DNA from: Podarcis cretensis
Lineage: Eukaryota
Reading direction: 5' to 3'
DNA length: 64,000 nt
Assembly: GCA_951804945.1 (NCBI GenBank)
Contig: OX638149.1
Location: forward strand, 86,490,001 to 86,554,000
Part shown: positions 18,719-31,500 of the stretch, piece after piece
Numbering within the stretch: position 1 is the stretch's first letter
Layout: each line of letters starts with the position of its first letter
The notes under the pieces: generated by a model
Database searches by the model: none
The model's input: only the letters and a program-made list of their open reading frames with translations
What the model was told of the DNA's origin: nothing
Translations under genes and position numbers: made by a program

Positions 18719-19527
18719 TCAACTGTTGGAATTGAGGGTCTGGAATTTCTCCCTCAGGTTCTTTACCAGGCTCTGCTGGCTGCTGTCTGTTTTCTCCTGG
18801 CAAACCTGCTGAAGTGCTTTGTGGGGAGCTGCTTCCTGGAGGCCCTCCTCACGCCTGCGGTATTCTTCCGAGTCCTGGTAGGCCTTGCACCTCTCCACCA
18901 CGGCCTTGAGAGAGATCTTCTCCCGGGAAGTAGGGGAGCGAATCTGCACAAAGCTCTCGTCCGGATCGACAGCCACATCCAGCAGCTTTTCCATGACAAC
19001 CACTCGCTGACGGTTCTCCAGAGAGGTCTCAGCCGTAACGCTCAATTCCCTGTGCGCGTCGCAGGCGTGGCCCTGGAGGATGGAGTCCGGCGGAGCTTCC
19101 CTTTTGCAGCCTGGCATGCCCCCTTGCTGGGGTTTGTCCGCTGCCTTCACAATCCTCTTGGAGGACTGGTGTTCCTCCAGAACTCTACCAGCTGTATCCA
19201 CCATTTTTTCAGGGGCTGAGCGGCTCCTGTTGACGGGTTGCGGCCTGCACTTCTGATTCCCTGATGGACAGGAATATTTGGACCTGAGTTCCCGCACGTC
19301 TGGCCAGTTGAACTTCTCAGCTATGACGGGGCTGAGGGGGCTGCAAGACAGGGTGCTGCTGGTGGGGGAGGCAAGCCGCGGGCTGCTGGAGGAGGGGCTG
19401 AAAGAGAAGCGCTTGGGGGACTTGTCCAGGGACGAGGTTGACGATGGGGGGAGAGTCAGTGGGCTGGCCTCCTGCAGCAATACTTGCTCGTAAGTATTGG
19501 GGAGGGTCAAGGCTGGCTTCCGTTTGC
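18719..19527 (-). CDS. PLEKHG3: PLEKHG3 terminal coding exon
   Basis: ttcttctag|GC AAA CGG AAG CCA...AAC AGT TGA; [10 protein letters not shown]...[14 protein letters not shown]...[17 protein letters not shown]. Confidence 0.94.
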
Positions 19528-22500
19528 CTAGAAGAAAAACCAACAAGGAATGAGTGAGGCAGCAATAAGGCAAGGGGTTTGCTGGGTGGGCAGGCTGCAA
19601 CGGTGGTCCCCCTCACTCCCCAATCACAGTAGCTCCATTTTTGTTGGCTGAACAGCAGCTATGCTGTTTCCCTTTAAAACAGCAAGGAGGGAAGGAGGTT
19701 CCCAGAGGCTGTTCAGCTTGAGGAGTCGAGAATTGCAAAGTTCTTGGTCACTTTGGTGAGGACCCTTGTGAATCTTTATTTTTGGTGGATGTTGCCGGTG
19801 GGGTGTTTTTAATGAAGGTTGCTACCTCCCACGAGCCCAAGAGGAAAGGACAAGTCATTAATCTAAAACTTTAAAATATAAGTCACAATGAATCTCCTAT
19901 ATTTATGCTCACAGCTATGGCTTCTAGGCACTGCTGAAATTTATATAATATGAACAATGAGGTCCTGCCTGTGATAGCACAGTGCCCTCCTGCCAATACA
20001 TACCCTTGCTTTTCTTATCTGCCTCCGGCTGGACAGTCAAGGTATTGCCTTTCATCTCCTCCTCCAGCTCAGCAAGCCTCCTATGCGCTGCAGGCTTCTG
20101 GCCCTTGATTCGGAGGCTGTACTGGCGGGCCAGCTGGTAGACCTTGTTCTTCACCTTCTCCGCCAGCTCTGCCTCCGTCAGGTGGGCCAGCTGCATTATC
20201 CGGGGGTGCAAGCGGGGGAGATACCGATCTTGCTCAGAGCCCCCTAGCTCATGGGCCAGCTTCCAGGGCTTCCTAGAAGGCGCAGCCCGCTCCACAGGAG
20301 ACTTGCTCTCAGGAGAGGGCACCGCCGACTCCTCTGTGATGGCCCCAAGATCCTCGTCCTCCAGGATGAGAAGCGGCTCGTGGAGGTCAAAGCCGTTCTC
20401 CTGGCCACGGAGCCTCTCCGCGTGCCGCAGAGAGGAGCCCCCGGCCACCTGCCCATTTGCCGTGCCTGGCCGAGTGACACCTTCAGGCCTCCTACTCCAG
20501 CCCTCTCCGCTCGGCTTCTCCATCTCCTCCCAGATTTTAATCATCTCAGCCGGTGGCCTGAACTCCGCTTCCGTGATGGGCAGGGGGCTTCCAGCAGAGG
20601 CTGCCTCGGAGCGGGGGGCCTGTATCCCAGCCACAGGCCTATTTGACAACACCCAGGCTGCTGTGGGGCCAGCCCCACCACTGGGAGGGCCCCCCGGCCT
20701 CTTGTGCTTCAGCCCCTCCTGCGCAGGCTCTGGCTGGGGAAGGCTGTTGATCCTGAAGACGGAATTCCTCACCACCCCTTTGGGGATGTAGGACAGGCTC
20801 TCCCGCCGCCTGACGCTGAAGCCGGCGTCCTGGTGCTCCGCGTAATCGTAGTAGTTCTTGATCTTGTCTAGCAGCAGGCGGTCCTGATGGGAGAGCATGG
20901 ACTCCTTCCGCTTGCAGGAGGCATGGTCCGTCTCAAGCAGCCCAGGAGAGGCAGCCCCGCTGCAGGCACTGCTGGGCTCACCCAGGGGCTCTTGCGGCAG
21001 GGAGTCCGTGGTGCTGTTCGTGCGACATCCTGCCTTCTCGCTGCCGTCCAGGCTCAAGACGCTGCTGCTGCGGCTAGCCTGCTTTGGAGTCAGGTGGCCC
21101 TTGCCCTCCTCGAGTGCCAGGCTGCTGCGGCGAGAGAGGCTGCTGGCAAAGCGCTCTGCAATGACGCTGGCCTGATCCAGCACAGAGAAAGGGAGGATGC
21201 TTCTGGTCTGGGGTGCACGTCTGTCCTCCTCCTCTTCCTCCTCTTCTTCTTCCTCCTCCTCCTCGCTACTAAGCGGCTTCAGTTCAGTATGTTCAGTGGG
21301 CTCCAGGCTATCTGAACGCTGTTGATTCAGGGTCCCCCACTGGCCTGCCAGGACTGGCTCCGGGTTGCCCACCGACTCGGGGTCTGAAGGACCCTCTTCC
21401 AGGTACTCTTCCTTAAGGGGAGAAGCTTCTAAGACCATGCTGAGTTCAATGGCTGACCGCGCCTAGGAAATGTGCCCACAAAAAGAGAAGGAAAGTTTTG
21501 CACACTTAACGCACAACCCAAAAATGGTGGTCTTGCAGATAAACAGTTTAAGGGCTAAGTTAATAGTCACTACTCAAATGCAACCAACTCTTGAACCCAG
21601 CAAACATGTTGGCTTCTAAGGCAGGGAACCCACCAACTACTAAGTTGACTCAATAGCAGACAGAAATATTGCTCATTTTTATGTTGTATCTTCTGGGGAC
21701 AATGTGGACCATCCATTGGAAAAGACTGTGGCATAGAATACTCAGTATGGGAACTGAGTCTGGGAAGTGGAATGTCCAGGAGCCTTTGGCTTTGAATCCT
21801 ATTTTTAGTGTTAAGGGCCAAGAGTTTCCCTGTCTCAAAATTGGCATGAGCAGAAATTCCATTCTCCCCAAGGAATGTAAGAAGCTGCCTGACAGAGCAG
21901 ACAGTCCTAACCTGGATGGACCTGTGATCTCCCTGGTTGAGGTTCTCCAGGGTTTCAGAAGGGACATTCCCAGCCCTCTCTGGAGATGCCAGAGACTGAA
22001 CCTGGGAGCTCTACCCACTGAGCAATAGCACTTCCCCAAACAGCAACTCTGCCAACCACCAACCACTCACCTTTGGGACAGATGAGACATTATCCCCGAC
22101 CCTGTTTTTCTCACCACTGCTGCCTGGCGACTGGTATTGCTTGGGCCCTTCCTGTGCCTTGTGGCTCTTGGCCTGAACCAAAACAAAAATATTAGAGAGT
22201 TGAGTACATGCTACTGGGAAGAAGCCATTTGACGAGCAGCCAAACATCCCTAGCCATTTACAGGTAGGTAGCCGTGTTGGTCTGCCATAGTCAAAACAAA
22301 ATAAAAAAATTCCTTCCAGTAGCACCTTAAAGACCAACTAAGTTAGTACTTGGTATGAGCTTTCGTGTGCATGCACGTGTGTATCTGAAGAAGTGTGCAT
22401 GCACACGAAAGCTCATACCAAGTACTAACTTAGTTGGTCTTTAAGGTGCTATTGGAAGGAATTTTTTTATCCCTAGCCATTGTTATTTGTCATTCTGAAA

Positions 22501-25500
22501 CACCATATGACTTTACAGTGTCCCAGATAGCTAAAATGCATCACGAGTGCCCACGCAGGTCCAAGTCCAATATTCTAGCCATTGGACGCAGCAACAAAAC
22601 CACCTGATGTCACATCCATCAGCCTTGCAAGCAGCAGGTGAACGCAAGTGCTGGTGGCTCTGGTTTACTTGCTGCCCTGGCACAGAGGAGCCTTGCAGTT
22701 GCTTAAGCCAGTCCCAATTTCATCCAGGAACACAGATTTCCCGAGCAGACTCTCTACACGTCTTGCAGCACTTTGGTGTGGTTGGTGGAGTGCACTAGTT
22801 AAAAACTGCAGGCTATCTGGAAGGTGCACAGTTAGTGCTGGATCCAGGGACGGTCCAATAGCACAGGCAACAGGACTTGGAAGAGGTTCCTGCTTAACGT
22901 TAGCTTTGTCTCATTATCAAGCTGCTAACGTGGAAGAACCTTCCTGACAAGAGGACAGGGAATGGCAGGAAAAGGACCTCCCACAGCTACAGAGATGGTA
23001 AGACCCAAAGAGCCTCTTTTGTTATCAAGCCACAAATCTTGTTAGCCCCCGTGAAGGACTGCACAAAAGCACCAAGTCAGTCAGTAGTATCACTGAAGGG
23101 TTAAAACAGCTGCAAAAGAAACCACACGGGAACCTCTGGGGCTGTCCCACATCTGATTAATGGGAAGATGGCACAGAAGGAACGGAGGGCAGCCACGAGC
23201 CATGCACCAAGCCAGCATGCAGGAGGGAGACGCAGCAGGGGTTGAACAGGCACCTCACCGTGCTGCCCCAGGAGAAAAGCAAAGCGTTGGCCCGATAGTG
23301 CCAGCAGTGGAGGACGGCCATCAAGGAGCTTGCAAAGTCTGCCACCTGCTCCGTTCCTACCAGCCTCTCCTCCTCTTCCTCTTCCTCCTCCTCTTCGTCT
23401 TCTTCCTCCGGCCCCATATCCTTCTCGCTGCCATCGCTTTCAGCCAATTCTTCCAGAGATTCCTGGGGAAGGGCCTGCCGATCCTGCTGCTGCTGCGGCA
23501 AGCTGTTGGTGGGGAGCGAGGGCTCCCCAAACTCCAAAAGGGCTCCATCACTGCCTGCATGCTACGTGAAGTGAGGGCAAGCAGGGGCTTTTAGAAAGGC
23601 CCCAGAGCTGGGGCACCAACAGAGACACCGCTTAGGGTGCCCTTTCCTCAACCTGCGCTCGATCGCTGCCTGCTCAACATGTGAGCAGAAGCGCACAGCT
23701 TAGAGCTGTGAGAAGCTTACTGGCCACCCTGTGGGAGATGGCAGTGGTCAGAGGGAAATGTCATTTTGTTATTAAAATGAATAATGGCCCCTGCACCAAC
23801 ATTTACCCCAGAGCAGTTTACCTTTAAGGTGGCGTTTTGGTAAGGGACCCAAAGCCCATCGCATGTCACCCAAGACTTTAATTTCCTTAGAAAGGGAAGA
23901 CCCATCTTAATTTCCCTCATTTATTTTGTCTTCTAGAATTTCTGTCTCTTACCTTTAGTCCTATTGCCAGATTTGTAGCACAGGAAGAAGAAGGGGGGAA
24001 AAAGAGGCCATTAGGAAAAAGGTGGGGTCTTGTTTCCCTGCCCAGGTAGTCTTCCTCCCTATTTCCCAATCTCCATTTCAGGCACACTCTTACTCTTTAT
24101 AAGCAGCAGACACAGCAAACATGCTGGCAGAGAGCCATTTTTACATCACTTATATCTTATTACAGTCCCTTCCAGCGGCTGTGGGTCCCCTGAGAAGGCA
24201 GTGGGTCAACCACAAGGCAACAGGAAGAAGTCACTGCTGAAGGAGTGACTGAGTAAAGGAACAATTCAGGCTCACACACTTTGAGCAGGGGTGGGGAAAC
24301 GTCAACCCTTCGCCAGCCTTGCTCTCTGGGGCTGGTGGGAGTCCAGTCCAACAACATCTGGAGGGCTCCAGGTTCCCCCATCCCTGCCTTTCAGCATCTA
24401 AGGTGCCTTGTTTAGCAATATAGAATTGCCCTGTGCTCAAAACTGCTAGCTGTAATAAATCTGAGATAGGAGTGACCAGTGGCATAAGGACGGGCACCTG
24501 TCAAATTCCACCCACACTGGTCAAGTAAACCTGGGACAGGGAAATCTGGTCAGTACAGAGCTTCTTCCACCTAGGCTGGGGGCATGTGGGAAAGGGGGAC
24601 ATCCACTCACCTCTGTTGCTCAGTTGCTTGAGAATCTGTTTTGTTGGTTCTGCAATGAAAGGAAAGTTTGCGAGATCAGTTCTTGAAATGCTGGTTCGGA
24701 GCCCAGAAATACCAGAAAAGGTGGGGAGAACCCCGGCACCAGCCTCAGCCCGCCACCTCTGCCCCTCCAGAAGGAAACACCTTGAAGCATCTGAGTGAAG
24801 TGCAGAACAGCACTAGCCTCCTCTGTGCAGTGCAGAACAAGCCTCTCAGAGAACAGCATCACCAGTCTTTCACCTGTCAAGGACCACACCTAATCCCTCC
24901 ATCCCTGTCCAATCACAGGCCTTCAGGGGAGTCCTGGTTAGTACTTCTCCATGGCTCAGACATATGGCTCTTATCCACAAAGAGCAGTGTGTTCAGTATT
25001 GTGGACCCAATTTTATAGAATGCCCTTCCAGTTGAGATCAGACTGGACCCCTCCCTGTTGGACTTCCAGTGCCTACAGATGACTTTTTAAATTATTATTC
25101 CAACAGGCGCTTTTGGAAGTTTGATTTTCTAGTTTTAACCAGGTTTTACCTTTTCTGTATCCTGTTCCTTGCACACTGCTTAAAGACTATTGTAGTTAAG
25201 CGGTATATAAATTGTTTAAATTTAAATAAATAAATCTGTGCTTGCAAGCCACCAAGACTAAATGAACTAGGAGGCCAAATAAACCAGCATATTTTTAAAA
25301 AGTGAGCCCTGTCTCTCACCCACTCTTCTACAGAAGGGGCTGTGTATACTCCAGCAGCAAATAAAAATAAAAATCCAGATTCTGCTGCCCAGAATCAGAC
25401 ACCTCCCCCTGCAAACTCAGCAGTTTCTTATTATGCAGGATTTATTCCACTTTGACAATCCAAGTTGGACTGCAAATAAGATGAAAGGAGGCCAAAAGCC

Positions 25501-28500
25501 CAGGCAGGAAACAGGGTGTCCCATTTTCCAGGTGCCTAAAGCCCTGTTCGCCCTTCTTAGGCTTCTATGATTTCAAGAGACATTTCCCACATCTTTTCAA
25601 AAGCCACCTGAACTTCACATTTACTGTGTCTGGTGCTATTGCATTTCAAATGGGGAACTTCATGGTCAGGGGCCCAAATGCAGCCCTCTAGTTCTATCTG
25701 AACCTCCAGTCTCTCTCCAGGCCTCATCTTTCAACAGTCTTGCTTTGACCCTCCCTTGAGTGTTTTTGCCTGGCTGGAATGTGTCCTTGAACCATGCTAA
25801 TGCCCCTTACTTGCCTGGAGTGTTTTTCAAAACTGACCTACTCTACAAATGTAACCTTCAGCCATTGCTCCACCCACGTTTGCCTCTGGCCCTGCCCACC
25901 AATGACATGCAGCCCCTGGAAGATTGTCCAAAAGTGAATGCAGCCCCTGAGCTAAAAGGGTTTCCCACCCCTGATTTAACATGCACTAATGTAGAATTAA
26001 TCTAAATAAGCAACTACAAAGAGGGAATGATGTTGGGTAACATATGGGTGTGATCAGATTTTTGAATATTGCGTTGACTGTATACTGTAATTAGTATTCT
26101 TTTGACACATGTGCAAATTAATCGAATTATTGTTCTCCTTGTAGAACATGATTTATTTTCTATGCTGACTTTGCTAAATGAAATTAACTATGTAGGTTCT
26201 ATAATTAGTAGTATAGTTGATAAAAGAAAAAGAGAGGAGCAAAAAATGGGATTCTCGCAATTCTGTGTCAGATACCAATTTGTGAACTCATGGAATAAAC
26301 ACAGCCCTGCCTGTAGAGCTTAAAAGCCAGCATCATCTATGACGTTCGCTGGAGACTGAGAGGCATGTTCAGCCAGCATTGTGCCCAGGAGGCAAAGCCC
26401 ATAAGCTATTCCGCAGTAAGGTTTGACCCAAAGAGCTCCACTTGCTTGCTCCCAGCCCCACAACACCAGATGGCAGAGCCCCTTCGTGCCACATGCTAAA
26501 TCAGTGGAGCCCGCACCAGATTTCCTGCGGCCTTTACGCTCGAGTCCATCTAGGAGCCTCTCAGCAGTGTTTTTGCCACGGAAAGGCTCTAAGGATAGGA
26601 TATAAGATACCTGTTAGAGTCAATACCATTCTGCTGGGGATGTTACTAAAGCCCTGCCTTGCTGGGGCCTACACCACACTAGGGATGCGGTGACTCAGTG
26701 CAGTGATGCACCTGGACCAGTGTCAGCCGTCGGAAACCTTGGGCACCTGCTGAGGATCCATCGCTGCCACCTCTGCTGCCCCAGATTCCCTTGTTTGCCA
26801 CTTTGATGAACACAATGCTGAATTGCCCACAATGCCCCAGAACAATGTACTGGGGGCAAGTACAATGGCAACGGCTTGGTACCCAGAGAGGTGCTGCTAC
26901 CACTGCTCTTGCCTTCCTCCTTTGGTAAGTGTACTTGCCCACCTCATGTCCATTGGAATGGGAGGAGGAGGTAGTGGTGATGCTAGGAGAGAAGAACTGC
27001 CTACTGCTGGGGGGTGGGAGGAGCATAAGAGGAACCTATGCTGTATGGTCCTATACTGCTGCCAGTTGCAGTGTGAACTAGATTATTTGTAGGGTCTCCT
27101 TCCAACTCTCTGGGCCATTCTAGATTATTTTCAGGGCACAAAGAGCATGTTGTTTTGACACTCTTGTTGCAGGCATAAATATTACGTTGTGTTTTACTCA
27201 GAGCAGACCTGTTGAAATTAATGAACACGACTACATTAGGTCCATAATACCACCCAATAGCTATTTAAGAGGTCCATTTTCTCAACACTCCTGGATAAAA
27301 CCTTTTAACGATCTGCTTTTAACAAGCAGGTGCCCTTCAGAAGTTCCTCTAGTGAGCTCTCTTTTTAGAAGCTGTCTAGGATTGCAGCACCCAAGCCTTG
27401 AGCTCAGCAGTTCTCTCTTGACACAGCAATCAAACAATGCACACAGGACCTCAACACACTTTTACACGCCACAAACTCAGCCCAGCACACAGAGACCCAT
27501 AGGCATCTACTAGAGTTGCGAAAGCGGGCCATGATGTGTGTGGTTCCCCCCCATCCCAAAAAAACCTATGCCGTGTAAGGAGTTGTTGACAGCAAGAGCA
27601 CCCTTTGTTAGGATAAGAAGTCAAGTAGGAATAAAAGGAATTTGGAACGGCTTCCATGTTTTGGTATGAAAGTACAACACCCAGGAGAGTCAACGAAATG
27701 GAACCAGCCTGCCCTGACTTGCACAAGCTTGCCTGACACATTGGTGAAAGGTGGTTGTTCTACACAACAATCTGAAGAGCAGTCAGAGGGAGCAGTGGGA
27801 GAGGGGTCACTAGTTCAGTGGTAGACTTCCCAGTTCAGCTCCCAGCCTGCATTTCAGCTAGAAGGAATGGGAAAGGCCTCTCTACCGGACACCCTGGGAT
27901 CCTGTCTCAGATCAAGGATGCGGATGGAGGACTAGCCTGGTTGAAGTCTGTCAGCTACGTGTGTTCAAGGCAGCATGTCCACCTATCCTAGCCTCCTGAA
28001 TTTGGAAGCAGATTGGCCTGAATGTTGTGAAAGAATGATAAATACTTCTTGAGTGTGGAAATTGCATAGAATAGCATTTGCCAAACGTTTGCCTCCAGAT
28101 GTTTTCGACTACAATTCCCATCAACCCCAGGTCAGCGAAGACTGTCCTAACAGCAGCACTGATGGGTCAGACGAAAAGGCTGAACCAATTCATCACCTTG
28201 CTGCCAATAAATAGTCAGGTTGCTATTGCCACAGTTTTTCCACAGTTTAGGCTACTGATGGCAGATGCAAGAGGGACCAGGTGAGGGGAGAGGACGAAGT
28301 TGTTTACTGGCATGTTCCAACTCTGAATTACCTGTTTCTGAAGCAGAGGTTCAAAACAGGAAAGAGAACAGGCTCTAACACTTATTTGAAACAAGACCTC
28401 TTTTTAGCTCTATGTGTGTTATTGAATAGTGTGTTTTTTAAAACAAAAATTCAATATGGTCTATGACAACCAAAGTTTCGTAGTTTTTATTTTGCATTTA

Positions 28501-31500
28501 TGTATGTAAAAATGTATATGGTATAAATGAGTATTATCCTATGTTTAAGAATCAGTATTTCAATGTCCATTAACTCCATTTATAGCAGGTATAACAGATG
28601 TTGCTGAACTATCACTCTCAACATCCCTTGCCATCGGCCATGCTTCCTGAGGCTGATGGAAGTTGAAATGCAGCAACATCTGGAGGGCCAAAGCTTCCCT
28701 ATACCTGGTCTACAGCTCCTGAAGGGGGAGTATTTCACTCCAAAATGTGTAGAACGAAAATGAAAAAGTATTCTACCAGTAAGCACTGGACCTGTTCTCC
28801 TTTCTGTTTTGATTCTTCATGGTGCTTCCTGTATTGCTGAAGTGAAGGTGACAAGTTCACAGTGACAGTGGGAGAAAAATTCCCATAGAACTTTCCAGAA
28901 CAAACAAAGGTATGTTCTCTGAACATTGTCTGCGTGTGTTTGTGGTGTGCCAGAGGTCATTAGGCCTTGGCAGAGTAAATGCTCCAGCACCTGTCAGCTG
29001 CACTAAGCTCCAAGGCCAAATATTAATTGCTATCAACAGACTACTGGACAAGCCACTACAGAAAACAAAAACTTCTGCCCTATAGTCAACAGCAACAGGT
29101 ACACACAAGGTATGCCATCAGGATACAGTAAGAACAGCTACACCTACACACACCCCTACACACACCCCTACACACACACACACCACTGCTTGGATAGGTA
29201 CATCCCTGCCCTGTTTACCTGATTGCCGGCGCCCCTGCCGGCCATACTGAGGAATGTCTTCTGTAGGTTGGTATGACAGGGACTTCTTCAGCCTCTCTGG
29301 ACTGTATTTGTAGCGAGAAGGATCTAAAGGAAGCGGCAGGAGTGTTTGAGAACCTGTTAACTGCCCCCCTTGGTATGACCAACCCCCTCATGCATGAACC
29401 AAGCTAACACCACCTTACCATTCTAATCCCCTGAATATTACATTTAGCAGCAGAGGCTCCAGCAAGCAAACTCAGGCTAGGTTCGCAATCCAAGGAGGTG
29501 ACAATTATATTAATTACAAGAGACAGAGAATTGGATCATCAATACAGCATCACATCTCAGAATCACATTCCACTTATTGTTTATTTCTGTGTTGTGTAAT
29601 CTTCCTGCAACCAGGTGAAAGAACCTAACCCCACGAGGCAGAGTACATTATTAGACTTGTGTTGGGAAATTCTGACATGTCTGCTGCCTTGCCCTGCTGA
29701 GGACACAGTAAGCAGGAGGAGGGTTTCTAAAAACAAACTACTGGGACTTTTTTTTTTTTTTTAGAAAATAATGGAAACTTACAGTATGAGTCCATTTCCA
29801 AGATAGCTTCCTTGGCCTGAAGAAAAGAAGGTATTGGCTTAGCACTAAACTGAAAAGGAAATGGAAATCCAGGATCCTGAAACCTGAGGCAATGGGGAGT
29901 TCCCACCTCTCTTCCCTCCCCCAAAGAATAACAGAGAGAGAGGAAAGGAGAAAGGAGGTTCCCCTCAGCCCCATCATCCCTGGACACTAGGAACAAATTC
30001 CACCACAACAGTTGCCCCTTTCTCAGTTGGACAAAGGAGCAGACAAAATTCCAAACACCAAACCTCTCATACCCACATTATGGAAGCTCCTAGGCCTAGG
30101 CCTAGCTTGATATGGCTGGGCTTTGTATGATTCAGTAAAGAGAACCAATCAAGCATACTCAAGAGTAAAGAAAAGGCAAAGATGTATAGAAGAAATAACA
30201 CCTCCAATAGCACCCCTCTGATTCAAAAAAGAAAAAGAGCATTTCTTGAGACATGGCTCAGACTAAGCTTTAAAGAAAGGCAGAGAACCCCATGGGGTCT
30301 CCAGCATCCATTCTACAGACATGCGAAGGAGAAGGAAGGAGAGCCTCCACTTACTTTCTGAGGGATGATGGCGTGGTGGTTTTCCAGAATCAGGCGCTTG
30401 ATGTGGTGAGTCCAAACCCGCTTCTCCTCCCCCGATTTGGCCTGGGAACAAAAGTACACCTTATGCATCTGGGAAGCCAGGATTACTCACCTGACTCAGC
30501 TACACCTCAGCCCTTTTTGAGTGTTGCCACTCTTTCCGCTGTTATCATGCAAACGCACACACCAGGCCCACCTGCTGTGGACACCTAACAACTCACACTC
30601 TTATGATATTCCCCAATTAGCATTCTTATCACCAGTATCTCCACACCGCTGACAAACATTGGCATTGCAACGCACCAACAAACTGCCCTAACCCCTCATT
30701 CACATCCTCTTCCTTCCAAAACACACACCTTGCATTCTCTGCCCCAAAACCAATCGACCCATTTTCTCAGGTCCTGTTATTGCCCCTCTTATTTTCACTC
30801 GGCGCCTGCCCTTATTCAGGCTGCCAGTTCCACATCAGGCACCCCATCAACACACGTTTCCAACTATCTCCGCACCTTGCCCCCAAATCACTTTCAAACC
30901 CCCTTATAAAGGACAGTGGCTTATCTCACCTGGATGTTGTACTGCTGTTTGCTGTGCTTGTAATGGGTGACGGTGAAGCACAGTGAGTCTCGTGTACTCT
31001 CAATCAGCATCAGGGAGGAGCACTGAAGGAGCAGAGGGAGAGATGTCAAACCAAGGTACCCATTACAACGTCAACAACAAAAGTTCGCCAAATCTGCCAT
31101 CTCTCTGAATCATCCGAGGGCTGCCAGGATAAACAGAGAGGCATCCTCAGAAGGACGACAAAGACCTTTTAACTTGACCAACTTTTTTGGGGGGGCGACC
31201 ATAAGGTTTGTTATAATATTTATAAGTGTGTGTTTGTCAATTCCTGTGTTGTTGTCAGTTCCTTTTTGAAAACAATGTAGTGTACTAAATTTTAGAACAG
31301 ACATAAATAATATAAAGAAGAAAAACATGCTGTATTCAGAACTAAAGAACACCAGTCCCCCTCCCACCCCATCATCCACTGACCCTCTCTCCCCACCCCT
31401 TCCACAGAGAATTTGATGCCATCAGCACATCCAAAGCATATTCATACTTGGTTATGGTAGGGACACAGATTCAAGTAAAGAAAAAGTATCCGGTGCATAC

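Noticed and set aside
20144-21315. Long + strand ORFs (215, 131, 142 aa) opposite the large PLEKHG3 exon
   Set aside because: Antisense shadows of GC-rich coding sequence; no recognisable domain or splice signals.
22660-22945. Possible extra PLEKHG3 exon (acceptor-like site at 22943; ~70-codon open frame on the minus strand)
   Set aside because: All three frames from that acceptor hit stops, there is no good donor, and the flanking exons already join in phase 0.
28775-28845. Purine-rich exon-like segment [15 protein letters not shown] on the minus strand
   Set aside because: No acceptor/donor pair is compatible with the phase-1 intron it sits in.
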